From: Fibrobacter succinogenes subsp. succinogenes S85
GTDB taxonomy: Bacteria; Fibrobacterota; Fibrobacteria; Fibrobacterales; Fibrobacteraceae
DNA: 32,000 nucleotides
Assembly (NCBI RefSeq): GCF_000146505.1
Contig: NC_017448.1
Coordinates: forward strand, 990,001 to 1,022,000
Reading direction: 5' to 3'
Both the position numbers and the translations under genes were made by a program. Under the pieces are notes generated by a model, which was not told where the DNA came from, did not search any database, and saw only the letters and a list, made by a program, of their open reading frames with translations. Of the stretch, positions 7,039 through 16,583 are shown piece after piece (position 1 is the first letter of the stretch; each line of letters starts with the position of its first letter).

Positions 7039-10000
7039 CTACGCCATCTTGCTTGCATCGGTGTTGGTGCATTCGACCTTTCCGGCGAAGAAGCTATAGG
7101 CTGCAGGCACAATGAAAAGCGTCATGAACGTTGCGAACGTGAGACCGCCAACAATGGCAACGCCCATTGCAATGCGGCTCGGGGTGCCGGTCAGGATGAG
7201 CGGCACTGCGCCCAATACCGTAGAAAGGCTCGTCATGAGGATTGGGCGGAAGCGGCGTTCCGCCGCCATCCGAGCCGCCTCAAGCTTGCTGCAGCCCGTA
7301 TTCTCGGCAATCTGGTTTGCAAATTCCACAATCAAGATACCATTCTTCGTCACAAGAGCAATCAAAAGAATCAAAGCAATTTCGCTAAAGATGTTGAGCG
7401 TCTGGCCCGTGACAAACAAGCTCACCAAAGCGCCCGAGAGTGCAAGCGGCACCGTAAAGAAAATCACAAACGGCGCGCGGAAGCTTTCGAACTGCCCCGC
7501 AAGCACCAAGAACACAAGTGCTAGCGCAAGCAAGAACACCACGTACAATCCCGAAGAGCTTTCTTCGAATTCCTTGGACGATCCGCTCAAGGTCGTGCTC
7601 ACGCTCGGGTAATCCTTCAGCAACTTTTTTGCAATGCGGCGCATTTCTTCGACGCCATCGCCAATCGTCTTGCCCGGCACAAGGCCCGCCTGGATGGTTG
7701 CAGCGCTAAAGCGGTTATAACGCGGGAGTGACGGAGAAGCGGACTGTTCCTTGTACGTAATAAAGTTGTCCAAGCTCACCAACTCGCCCTTGCCGTTCTT
7801 GACCGTAAGCATCGAGAGGTTTTCCGGCGAATCACGATACTGGTAACCGACAGCACCAATGATATCGTACTGACGGCCGTCCTTATAGTAATCGCCATAA
7901 GTTTGGTCACTAATCGCAAGCTGCACCGCCTGAGCAATATCGTTCACCGACACGCCTTCTTCGTTTGCCTTGTCACGCAAAATTTCAATGTGGAGTTCCG
8001 GCTTCGTGAAGCGCAAGTTGCTGTTCACCACGCTGAACACAGGGCTCTTGCTTGCCGCTTCTTCGAATTTCGGAACAAGGTCTCGCAACACTTCGATGTT
8101 CGGAGCCTGCAAAACGAACTGCACCGGGAGACCACCGCGCTGCGTACTGATGCTCTGCGGTTCAAACACCATCACACGCAAATCCGGGTATTCGTTACCG
8201 AGCACCTGAATTGCGCGGGCAATTTCACTCTGCGGACGACGAGCCTTCTTATCGTCGTTCAAGAACAAACGCATTCTCGAGTTACCCGCATTCCAAGCAC
8301 CCGCCTGGAATTCCGTGTATTCATTGGAATCGAGAATCGAAGTCACTTCATCGACAAATTCATCAGCCATGCGCTTGGTGCGCGAGAGGTTCACGCCTTC
8401 GGGCATGCTCATGTTCACCATAACGGCGTTGGAGTCTTCGGTCGGCGCCATTTCGCTACTCATGTTATTGAAGCAGTAGTAAGCTCCAAATAAAAGTGCT
8501 GCCACAATCGGGAACAACAGCAAGCGCCACTTGAGGAATCCGCCCAGCAAACGTGAATACATCCCGTTCAGCCAGTCAAAGAACGGTTCCGTGAGTTTAA
8601 AGAAGGCGCCTTTCTTCTGGTGCTTCAGAAATTTAGAACAAAGCATCGGCGAAAGCGTCAAAGCGCAGAGCGTCGAGAGGAACACGGTTCCAATCATCAC
8701 CGCCACAAATTCACGAAACAAAAGGCCAGTCGTACCGCCCAATGCAAGCACCGGGATGAACACCGCCATCAACACAACAGACGTTGCAATCACCGCAAAA
8801 AAGATTTCATTTGTTCCTGCAATTGCCGCCTGCTTCGGCGTCATGCCACTTTCAATCTTGTGGTAAATATTTTCCACAATCACAATGGCATCGTCCACGA
8901 CAAGGCCAATCGCGAGGACCATCGCCAAAAGCGTAAGCACGTTGATACTGAACCCGCAAAGGTAAAGCACAAAGAAGCTACCAATCACAGATACAGGCAC
9001 CACGACCATCGGGATAAACGTTGTACGGCCTTCGCGAAGGAACGCAAAGATAATTGCAATCACGAGGATAAACGCAATAAAGATGGTTTCCACCACTTCC
9101 TTGATGGAAGCACGTATGTTAATCGAGGTATCGCGACCGTAAAGCAGTTCCACACCTTCCGGGATTTCACGGCGGATATCTTCGACGCGCTTGTAGAATT
9201 CGTTTGCAATTTCAACGTGGTTACTGCCCGGCTGCGCCATGAGCGCAAGCGTAATGGAATTTTTGCCGTTACGTCTAAAACCGGTACGCGTATCCTTCGG
9301 TTCGTAATGGATATCTGCGACATCGGAAATGCGAATTACAGTTCCATCTTCAGCCGTTCTTACCGCAATGTTGCCAAATGACTTTGGATCAAGAACTCGA
9401 CCAAGCGTACGAATAGAAAGCGTCGTTTCTGAACCTTCAATAGAGCCGGACGGGAGTTCCAAGTTACCTTGTTTCAAAGCAGCCGCCATCTGCGCACCCG
9501 AGACGCCAAGCGCCTGCATACGCACCGGGTCAATCCACAAACGCACGACCGGGCGTTTTTCACCCCATATCGCCACTTCCGAAACGCCGTTAATCGTCTG
9601 CAAGCGTTCCTTCACGTGGTTGTTCGCGATTTCCGAAACTTCCATCGGGTCAAACTTGTCGCTCACAAGGCTCACCATCAAAATCGGGTCGCTGTCGCTA
9701 TCGGACTTGTAGACCGTCGGTTCATCGACATCGTCCGGCAAGCGGCGACGCACACGGCTCACGCGGTCGCGAATTTCGTTTGCAGCCGCTTCCAAGTCCA
9801 TGCCCGTTTCAAATTCAATGCTGATGTAAGAGAATCCATCGCGGCTCGTCGAAGTCAAAGCCTTGATACCAGACGCACTGTTGATGGACGCTTCCAAGAT
9901 TTCAGTGACTTCCGCCTCGACCACGGCAGCGTTTGCACCCGGGTAAGAAGTACGCACCTGAATCAAGGGATAGTCAACGTTCGGGTATTCACGAATGCCG

Positions 10001-10095
10001 AGAGAGCTGAGCCCAAAAAATCCAAGCAACAGGATGACAAGCGCCATCACTGTCATGAGGACTGGGCGACGGACGGAGAGCTGGCTTACGCTCAT
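7039..10095 (-). CDS. RND efflux transporter permease (AcrB/HAE1-like)
   Basis: 1018 aa with a typical AcrB N-terminus 'RRPVLMTVMALVILLLGFFGLSSLGIREYPNVDYPLIQVRTSYPGA', 12-TM architecture and two large periplasmic loops. Confidence 0.9.
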   Translation of the reverse strand: MSVSQLSVRRPVLMTVMALVILLLGFFGLSSLGIREYPNVDYPLIQVRTSYPGANAAVVEAEVTEILEASINSASGIKALTSTSRDGFSYISIEFETGMDLEAAANEIRDRVSRVRRRLPDDVDEPTVYKSDSDSDPILMVSLVSDKFDPMEVSEIANNHVKERLQTINGVSEVAIWGEKRPVVRLWIDPVRMQALGVSGAQMAAALKQGNLELPSGSIEGSETTLSIRTLGRVLDPKSFGNIAVRTAEDGTVIRISDVADIHYEPKDTRTGFRRNGKNSITLALMAQPGSNHVEIANEFYKRVEDIRREIPEGVELLYGRDTSINIRASIKEVVETIFIAFILVIAIIFAFLREGRTTFIPMVVVPVSVIGSFFVLYLCGFSINVLTLLAMVLAIGLVVDDAIVIVENIYHKIESGMTPKQAAIAGTNEIFFAVIATSVVLMAVFIPVLALGGTTGLLFREFVAVMIGTVFLSTLCALTLSPMLCSKFLKHQKKGAFFKLTEPFFDWLNGMYSRLLGGFLKWRLLLFPIVAALLFGAYYCFNNMSSEMAPTEDSNAVMVNMSMPEGVNLSRTKRMADEFVDEVTSILDSNEYTEFQAGAWNAGNSRMRLFLNDDKKARRPQSEIARAIQVLGNEYPDLRVMVFEPQSISTQRGGLPVQFVLQAPNIEVLRDLVPKFEEAASKSPVFSVVNSNLRFTKPELHIEILRDKANEEGVSVNDIAQAVQLAISDQTYGDYYKDGRQYDIIGAVGYQYRDSPENLSMLTVKNGKGELVSLDNFITYKEQSASPSLPRYNRFSAATIQAGLVPGKTIGDGVEEMRRIAKKLLKDYPSVSTTLSGSSKEFEESSSGLYVVFLLALALVFLVLAGQFESFRAPFVIFFTVPLALSGALVSLFVTGQTLNIFSEIALILLIALVTKNGILIVEFANQIAENTGCSKLEAARMAAERRFRPILMTSLSTVLGAVPLILTGTPSRIAMGVAIVGGLTFATFMTLFIVPAAYSFFAGKVECTNTDASKMA

Positions 10096-11186
10096 TACTC
10101 TACCTCGTAATTGATCGAATGGCGGAGTCCCTTAATCTTGACATCAACACCTGGGCGAAGGCTCACAATGCCTGAAACAATCACCGTATCACCCACATCA
10201 AGGCCCGAAAGCACCTGCACAGACATCGGCGTGCGGAGCCCCGTCGTGATATGCTTGATCTTAGCCTTGCCTCCCTGGCTCACAAACACGTAAGCGCCTT
10301 CCCTGTCAAGAATCATCGCTTCGGACGGAATCGTAAAACTCTGCACGTTGCTAGCTTCCATCGCGACATTCACACTCACAAAGCTACCCGCAATGAGTTC
10401 GCCCTTTGCGTTATCGACATCGACCATCACACGGCGAGTACGGCTGCTTTCAGAAATCACGGCATCAAGCGCAGAGACAACGCCGAACTTTTCAACGTTG
10501 CGTTCAGAGTCCTTGAGAGAAATCTTGTCGCCCACCTTGATGACAGACGCATAGCGCTGCGGGAGCGAGAACTTCGCCTTGAGTCGGTCCACTTCGCTGA
10601 GTTCAGCAATCGGCGTGCCGGAGTTGAGCCAGGCGCCCACGGACACATCAACAAAACCAAGCTTGCCACTAAACGGCGCACGGACTTCGGTCTTTGCAAG
10701 TTGAGCCTGGATAAGTTCTACGCTTGCCTGAGCGGACTTGAGAGAAGCTTCTGCCGATTCCAAATCCTGCTTGGTCGCACCGTTCTTTTCAAAGAGGCTG
10801 CGAACGCGTTGTTCCTTCTGCTCGGCAAGCATCTTGTTCGACTGCGCCTGCTTGAGCTGCGCACGGAGTTCAGAATCGTCAATCTTTGCGAGGAGCGTAC
10901 CCTTCTTGACAATAGCCCCGTCTTTTGCCTTGAGGCTTACCAAACGGCCGGAGGTCGCCGCCGAAAGCGATACGCTGTTCTTCGGCACGAGAGTCGCCAT
11001 CGTCTGGAAATTCTTGCCCAGCAGCCCAAGTTCTGCCACATAACCTTCGACATTCAGCACTCTCTGAGCGCCACCCTTTTTGCCGCCATTGCCTTTGCCT
11101 GCAGGAGCGCCCTTGGCGGAATCATCTTTACTACCACAAGCCACAAGAAGGATAGAAGAAAGAGCTATTAGAAGAAGGTGTTTCAT
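10095..11186 (-). CDS. RND efflux periplasmic adaptor (membrane fusion protein), lipoprotein
   Basis: Lipobox 'LLVAC'; coiled-coil hairpin 'AQLKQAQSN...LESAEASLKSAQASVELIQAQLAKTEVRAPFSG'. Its stop overlaps the permease start (TAATG). Confidence 0.85.
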   Translation of the reverse strand: MKHLLLIALSSILLVACGSKDDSAKGAPAGKGNGGKKGGAQRVLNVEGYVAELGLLGKNFQTMATLVPKNSVSLSAATSGRLVSLKAKDGAIVKKGTLLAKIDDSELRAQLKQAQSNKMLAEQKEQRVRSLFEKNGATKQDLESAEASLKSAQASVELIQAQLAKTEVRAPFSGKLGFVDVSVGAWLNSGTPIAELSEVDRLKAKFSLPQRYASVIKVGDKISLKDSERNVEKFGVVSALDAVISESSRTRRVMVDVDNAKGELIAGSFVSVNVAMEASNVQSFTIPSEAMILDREGAYVFVSQGGKAKIKHITTGLRTPMSVQVLSGLDVGDTVIVSGIVSLRPGVDVKIKGLRHSINYEVE

Positions 11187-11261
11187 ATTTTAGCTAGAAG
11201 TAGACGGAAGGAAGTGGTTAGAGTAATTTCGCGTATTTAGATGAATAACGCTGTAAAAAAG

Positions 11262-11304
11262 TTGCATAAAAAGGACATTCCCGCACTGAGGCGGGAATGA
11301 CAAA
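11262..11304 (-). repeat. REP-like hairpin (family copy 1), placed as the terminator of the 11306-12013 gene
   Basis: CATTCCCGC-ACTGAG-GCGGGAATG followed by ACAAA on the plus strand. Read on the minus strand it starts 2 nt after the stop codon and is followed by TCCTTTTTAT. Confidence 0.65.
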
Positions 11305-11305
11305 T

Positions 11306-12013
11306 TTAAAATTTTACGTTCATGAAAAGTGCGGCACCATCATCATAGAATTCCGGTTCAAACTGAACTCGGCTAGAGAACGACTTGTTCGAGGTCGCAC
11401 GGTAGATGCGCCAAGAATCAAGCATGGAAACCACACGGTTCAAAATCAGCGCGCCCACAGAAACCTGGAACACAATGCGACTTATACGGTAATGACGCAT
11501 GCGGCTCTTGAATTCCTCGATATGTTCCGTAGTTTCCGGATTGTCGGAGCTCCCCCAATCCCACTGGACTTCGTTCGAAAATTCTTCATCCACCTTCTTG
11601 CCCGAGCGGATCATCGCCTGGTTGTAATCCTCGTTCATGTCCGGCGAAGAATTCTGCCCGAACACGCCCGAACGGCTGCGATAAGAGCCCACCGTATTCA
11701 GCAAGGAAACGTTCTTTTTGCCTGTAAACCCAGCATGGCGAACCGCATAATTGTGAGCCGACGTCACATAGCGGTCCCCAACCACGTAGGCCCCCACAGT
11801 AACGACCCACAGACCAAGGTCTGTCCACAGAAACGGGCGTACCATTTTTTTTTCATTCAAGTAGAGTTCGCCCATGCCCGGCAAAAGAGCCGAAGCGCCA
11901 ACAGCCAAGAATACGTTCTTGTCGCTATTCTTGTAAACGTTTTCATTGACACTCACCACAATCTGCGAGAAAGCGGCGACTGACGCAAGCAGTATGGCAA
12001 GAATAATGCGCAT
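11306..12013 (-). CDS. Secreted/envelope protein, short DUF5683-like paralog
   Basis: Signal peptide. 'SALLPGMGELY' and C-terminal 'GALILNRVVSMLDS' parallel 'SLLVPGAGQMY' and 'GGLILNHIVSAVDA' of the upstream gene. Ends in Phe. Confidence 0.6.
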   Translation of the reverse strand: MRIILAILLASVAAFSQIVVSVNENVYKNSDKNVFLAVGASALLPGMGELYLNEKKMVRPFLWTDLGLWVVTVGAYVVGDRYVTSAHNYAVRHAGFTGKKNVSLLNTVGSYRSRSGVFGQNSSPDMNEDYNQAMIRSGKKVDEEFSNEVQWDWGSSDNPETTEHIEEFKSRMRHYRISRIVFQVSVGALILNRVVSMLDSWRIYRATSNKSFSSRVQFEPEFYDDGAALFMNVKF

Positions 12014-13524
12014 TAGAATCCCCAGTTTGCACGAACGGTCCAGCCAAAGGAATCCTTAAACGAGACACCACTATCAAAATGCAGGCGATCGTACCAGGAA
12101 ACATCTTCTTCGTAGAGAACCTTGTTGTGGGCATTGGCAGTAAGTGCGGCGTCCACAGCCGAAACGATATGGTTCAAGATGAGACCACCGATAAACAAAG
12201 CCTGCATGTCGGCGTAATCGTTTGCATCACGGCGCATGGAACGATACTTGTTCAAATGTTCGGATTCGCCCAGCGGGACGGTCTCGTAATCTTCTTCATC
12301 AAGGTGAAGGTTGTCAATCGAGACTTCCGTAGCATCATCCCAACCACGGACGTAAACACCTTCAGAAATCAACTGGAACAGTTCGGATTCATTGTTGATG
12401 GAATGCCTAAGGCCCTTCATTTCATCACCCAAGGACTTGTTCTTGTCATTGAAGTTATTACGATGGGTCAAGTCGTCATCGTACAACGAGCTTTCCTGAT
12501 AGCACTTGCCATAGGTCGCATCGCCATAAATCGCTTCGCAGAACGACTTACGCGTACCCATGTAGCGGTTGATGAACGTCGTCGAGTAGACGTTTCCGCC
12601 CATGTTATGGTAAAGATCGTACATGGCAGATTCGTAACGGCCAATCGAGTAATGTTCCTTGGCGAACTTCTTGTACTTATCCACCTGCTGGTTATACTTG
12701 TAAACGGAGAAGTAACCCCAAGCGCTCCACATGAGCACTTCCAAAGCCATATAGACACCGCCACGAACATACGTTGCCGTCGTACCGCCTACGTACATCT
12801 GACCTGCACCCGGCACCAAAAGCGAGAGGAACAAAGCCTTGCGCGGATTCTTGTAACGCCCCTTCATTTCGTCGATGCCATGCACCTTGGAAACCTTGAC
12901 CGGACCGAGAAGGTCACGACGGCTCATACTGTTAGAAGACTCGGCTACAGAACTGCTGCTCACGTTTGTGAGGCCAGCGACAGCCGATTGCGCAATGGAA
13001 TCAGCCTTCCTCGAGGAATCGGCACGAGCACGTACCCTTTCGGCTTCGGCAATGGCCTCTTCGCGCATCAAGGAATCGCGAGCTGCAGAATCCAAAACGG
13101 AGGTATCGACAATCGCCACAGCAGGAGCAGCCTCCACAGAAGAGCTAGACTCAACCGGAGCAACCGATGAAGAACTGAGTACTGCAGAACTTGCCGGGAT
13201 TTCAACAACCACAGACGAAGAACTCAATACAACAGACGAGCTCGAAAGCGGTGTTGCAGACGAACTGGACACAGCCTTGCTACTAGACGATTTTGCCTTA
13301 GACTTTTTAGAAGCGGAACTCGCAGGAGCCTTAGCGGCAGAACTAGCCGGAGCAACCGCAGCAGAGCTCGCAGGAGCGGCCGAAGCTTTTGCCTCGGGTG
13401 TCGCCGGCGTTGCCGGAGCGGCAGCTTCTTCTTCGAATTCAGCGAAAAGGTCTCTCACTTGGCCAAAAGAAAGCTGGGCGAGAGATAGACCTAAAAACAA
13501 GGGTAAAAGAGCAAACTTGCGCAT
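12013..13524 (-). CDS. Secreted/envelope protein, long DUF5683-like paralog with a Ser/Ala-rich N-terminal region
   Basis: Signal peptide, then ~190 aa of low complexity (APASSAA repeats, poly-Ser, a basic SKKSKAK patch), then the conserved core shared with 11306-12013. Its stop overlaps the next start (TAATG). Ends in 'ANWGF'. Confidence 0.65.
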   Translation of the reverse strand: MRKFALLPLFLGLSLAQLSFGQVRDLFAEFEEEAAAPATPATPEAKASAAPASSAAVAPASSAAKAPASSASKKSKAKSSSSKAVSSSSATPLSSSSVVLSSSSVVVEIPASSAVLSSSSVAPVESSSSVEAAPAVAIVDTSVLDSAARDSLMREEAIAEAERVRARADSSRKADSIAQSAVAGLTNVSSSSVAESSNSMSRRDLLGPVKVSKVHGIDEMKGRYKNPRKALFLSLLVPGAGQMYVGGTTATYVRGGVYMALEVLMWSAWGYFSVYKYNQQVDKYKKFAKEHYSIGRYESAMYDLYHNMGGNVYSTTFINRYMGTRKSFCEAIYGDATYGKCYQESSLYDDDLTHRNNFNDKNKSLGDEMKGLRHSINNESELFQLISEGVYVRGWDDATEVSIDNLHLDEEDYETVPLGESEHLNKYRSMRRDANDYADMQALFIGGLILNHIVSAVDAALTANAHNKVLYEEDVSWYDRLHFDSGVSFKDSFGWTVRANWGF

Positions 13525-13551
13525 ATAACCCTAAAATAGCAAAAAATGTTG

Positions 13552-13588
13552 TCAAAACAAAAAGCCCCGGACACAAATCCGAGGCTTT
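13552..13588 (-). terminator. Rho-independent terminator of the adhesin-like gene
   Basis: Minus-strand hairpin AAAGCC-T-CGGA ... TCCG-G-GGCTTT followed by TTGTTTTG. Confidence 0.7.
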
Positions 13589-13613
13589 CTTCATAAAAAT
13601 TTAAGATTGCTGT

Positions 13614-16451
13614 TTATTTGACGAGAATCTTCTGAGCCGAGGAGCCAACGCGCACCATGTAAACGCCTGCACTCGGAACCGGAATTTCAAAATTGGAGGA
13701 TTCCACAGAGCCCTTGCGAATCACACGACCCTGCAAGTCAAGCACAGCAAAGCGCTTGCCCACCGTAGATCCATTCACCTGAATGCGGCGATTCATGGAA
13801 GAAATACCAAATGCCTTACGTCCCTTAACGGCGGCAATAGATATTTCCTCATCCGTAATCTTGAACGTTCCGTCAATCGATACGACGAAATTGACATTTT
13901 CGAAGTTCGGCGAGATATTGACAAAGTCCGAAGCGACAAGGCCCATGGGGTAAACGCCAAGTTCCGTTGCAGTCATTGAAGAATCACCCTTGTAAGAAAC
14001 AAATTCCTTCTTGTAAGCAAATTCTTCAGGCAACCAGGGTTCACCCGGAATGCGCATCGGGCTTACATCAAAGCTCTTGAGGGCTGTAACTTCATTTCCG
14101 TCATCATACTTTGCAATTACGTTGTCACCATAGATTGCAACGGTAATTCTCTGCGTGCAAGGTTTAATCGTAAAGTGTCCCTGCCTGATTTTCACAATGT
14201 AGTTCGGATTGTCAAAAGCTTCGACAAACGTACCAGAAATGCTATAGGTTTCATCATCAAGGAGAACGTCTTCACCCTGCTGACGTTTCATATAAAGTTC
14301 CGGCAATTCGTCACCATCAAGCAAGCCCGAGACCGTATAGGTATACTTTTCCGGATCAGCTTCGCTATAGAACTTAGAGGTATCGTTCACAGTCACCGTC
14401 ACAATTTTCTGCTTCACAGTAAGCGTGTTCGTTTCGTACTTGGTCACTTCATAGTTCGTGTTTGTCGGGCTCTTCTTGTCAAAGGTGAGTTCGTAGTCAC
14501 CGGCTGCAAGAAGGCCAGTCTTGTTAAGAGACACGTGGATGTTATCAAGTTCATCACCTTCAAGAAGTCTATCGACAGACCATGTAAATTCAGTCGGAGT
14601 TTCATCGCCATACGTAATGGTATCAGCATTAGCAGAGACAACCAAGGCTCTCGGATTGACAACCAGGACACCGTCTGCAATATTGAACGTCACATTGGGA
14701 TAGTTCACAGAAGTGTTCTTGAAGTCTGCGGCAGAAAGGCCCATGGTATACTTGCCAGCATCCGTTCCAGCGACCGCAGATTCACCGCTATATTCAACAT
14801 ACTTGAGGGAGTACGCTTCGCTATTGGAAGAAATATCGTAACCCTTCACGGAATGTTCCTTGCCATCATATTCAACAGTATCGACATGTCCAGTAATCGT
14901 GACCACGATCTTGTCATCATTTGCAGTAATCGTCAATTGACCATCTTTTGTACTAACAATGTAGTTCGGATTCGATTCATCATCAACCGTAGCCGTAATG
15001 GCGTAGTCACCGGCATCTTCACCAGCTTCGCGCTTCAGAGCGACTCCCTTCAGTTCATCCTTGACGCCGTCAAACGAAGCTATACCGCTAACCGTGTATG
15101 TCAGTTCAGGATCTTTTTCGCCATACTTCTTGGTAATGTTATCGACAACCAAGGTAACGGCCTTTTGATTAATCGTCAGAGTACCCGGCTTGACAGTCAA
15201 CGTATAGTTGGGGTTCGCGCCTTCTGCAAATTCAACACTGACCTTGTAAGTGCCAACATTTTCACCCTTGGCACGAGCAATCGTCGGAGATGCAAGCGAT
15301 TCACTTGCTGTCACAAGGCCTTCGGCTTCATATGTAAATTTCGGGTCCTTTTCGCCGTAAGTCTTTTCGGCGTTGTTCATAGTCACCGTAGCGGCCTTCG
15401 GCGTAACAGTAAGTGTACCACTCTTCGTCGTCACCTTATAGTTGGGATTAGAAGCAGCCTTCACCGAAGCCGTAACAGCATATTCGCCGACATTTTCAAG
15501 GCCCGTCGAAACACACTTGGCGCAACTAATCGTAACATCCTTCAGCTTATCCGAGCCAATAAGTCCTGTAACTTTGTAAGTATATTCAGGCGTAGCATCG
15601 CCATAAATCTTTTCTACATCATCGACAACAACATTTACCGGCGCAGGCTGAATAACAAATGTACCAGGAACAGTTTCCACATAATAATCATCTGTTTCCA
15701 TATTTTCAACAGTTACAGAGATTAAATAGCCGTCGGCAGTAACATCTTCGCCCTTAGGTCTAGACAAGACAATATCACCCAACTTAGTATAATCGGATTT
15801 TTCGATATTACCGTGAATCGTGTATTCAAACTGTTCCGGGTCGTCTTGACCATAAACCTTAGCCGTACTTGTAACCACCACTGTAACCTTGGTCTTGGTG
15901 ATGGTAAACTCGCCCGACGTGAAAGAGAAATCATAGTTTGGGAACTTCTTTTTCAGGCCGTCATAAATACCATCCGCCAAAGTAATCGGATAAGTATAGA
16001 CTTCCTCACCGGCATTTCTTGTGAGTTCAATAAATTCTTCCAATCCTGCCTGCAAATTCGCAAGTTCTTTCGCATTGACGTTTTTTACTTCAGCCAATTT
16101 CCACGTAAATACCGGATCTTTAGTCCCCTTTTCCTTTTCGGCATTATCGATCAAGATTTTGATGGGCTTTTGTTCGATATCAAATTTCTTTTCAATGGGG
16201 TCTGTATTCCCCTTCACAGTCACATAAACGGTTCCCGCATTGGCGCCCGCATTTATGTTTTCTCCATACGTTACGGAAAAATCGGTAAGTTCAACATCGT
16301 CACACATCACTCTTGTAACGGTCGGCTTAATCTGGTTTCCACTAAAAATGCCCAAACTCGGAGTTATCGCAACAGTGCATGTACTATCGGCAAATGCACC
16401 CGAAAACGCCATCGAAACGGCAAGAGCGAACATCGCAATCTTTTTGATCAT
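13614..16451 (-). CDS. Large secreted repeat protein: ~7 MBG-type (YG-x) repeats plus a second repeat type and a C-terminal sorting-type tail. Adhesin-like.
   Basis: Signal peptide 'AFSGAFA'. The recurring module 'K-x-YG-x-x-DP-x-x-TY-x-V-x-GL...GE-x-x-G-x-Y-x-I...NPNY-x-V...G-x-LTI' occurs about every 80 aa (nt ~14163-16160). The tail is 'GKRFAVLDLQGRV...GVYMVRVGSSAQKILVK'. Confidence 0.75.
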   Translation of the reverse strand: MIKKIAMFALAVSMAFSGAFADSTCTVAITPSLGIFSGNQIKPTVTRVMCDDVELTDFSVTYGENINAGANAGTVYVTVKGNTDPIEKKFDIEQKPIKILIDNAEKEKGTKDPVFTWKLAEVKNVNAKELANLQAGLEEFIELTRNAGEEVYTYPITLADGIYDGLKKKFPNYDFSFTSGEFTITKTKVTVVVTSTAKVYGQDDPEQFEYTIHGNIEKSDYTKLGDIVLSRPKGEDVTADGYLISVTVENMETDDYYVETVPGTFVIQPAPVNVVVDDVEKIYGDATPEYTYKVTGLIGSDKLKDVTISCAKCVSTGLENVGEYAVTASVKAASNPNYKVTTKSGTLTVTPKAATVTMNNAEKTYGEKDPKFTYEAEGLVTASESLASPTIARAKGENVGTYKVSVEFAEGANPNYTLTVKPGTLTINQKAVTLVVDNITKKYGEKDPELTYTVSGIASFDGVKDELKGVALKREAGEDAGDYAITATVDDESNPNYIVSTKDGQLTITANDDKIVVTITGHVDTVEYDGKEHSVKGYDISSNSEAYSLKYVEYSGESAVAGTDAGKYTMGLSAADFKNTSVNYPNVTFNIADGVLVVNPRALVVSANADTITYGDETPTEFTWSVDRLLEGDELDNIHVSLNKTGLLAAGDYELTFDKKSPTNTNYEVTKYETNTLTVKQKIVTVTVNDTSKFYSEADPEKYTYTVSGLLDGDELPELYMKRQQGEDVLLDDETYSISGTFVEAFDNPNYIVKIRQGHFTIKPCTQRITVAIYGDNVIAKYDDGNEVTALKSFDVSPMRIPGEPWLPEEFAYKKEFVSYKGDSSMTATELGVYPMGLVASDFVNISPNFENVNFVVSIDGTFKITDEEISIAAVKGRKAFGISSMNRRIQVNGSTVGKRFAVLDLQGRVIRKGSVESSNFEIPVPSAGVYMVRVGSSAQKILVK

Positions 16452-16583
16452 AAACCACTCTCTTTTTTAATTAACCATACCCAATTAATCAAACCCAAGT
16501 AAAAATATATTTTTTTGCTTACAATTTCAACTACGCAAACCGTTAAAACGTTGTAAAAAGGCACTACAAAGGTTTAATACAAC

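Noticed and set aside
10251-13170. Long plus-strand ORFs (10251-11171, 11297-11983, 12079-13170, 12875-13528) opposite the MFP and DUF5683-like genes
   Set aside because: Each is fully nested antisense to an ORF with recognisable features (lipobox, coiled coil, signal peptides, paralog motifs). None has a recognisable motif or a plausible independent start or terminator.
13170-13450. Tandem-looking DNA repeats (GC(A/G)GAACT(C/A)GC(A/C)GGAGC...), considered as a possible non-coding repeat array or CRISPR-like structure
   Set aside because: They are in frame within the 12013-13524 ORF and encode APASSAA-type low complexity. The units are degenerate and contiguous with no spacers, so this is not a CRISPR array.
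14175-15725. 516-aa ORF antisense to the MBG-repeat gene
   Set aside because: The sense strand shows a clear signal peptide, a periodic repeat architecture and a sorting tail. The antisense product is I/R/F/N-rich noise, a mirror of repeated T/V/Y/G/D/K codons.
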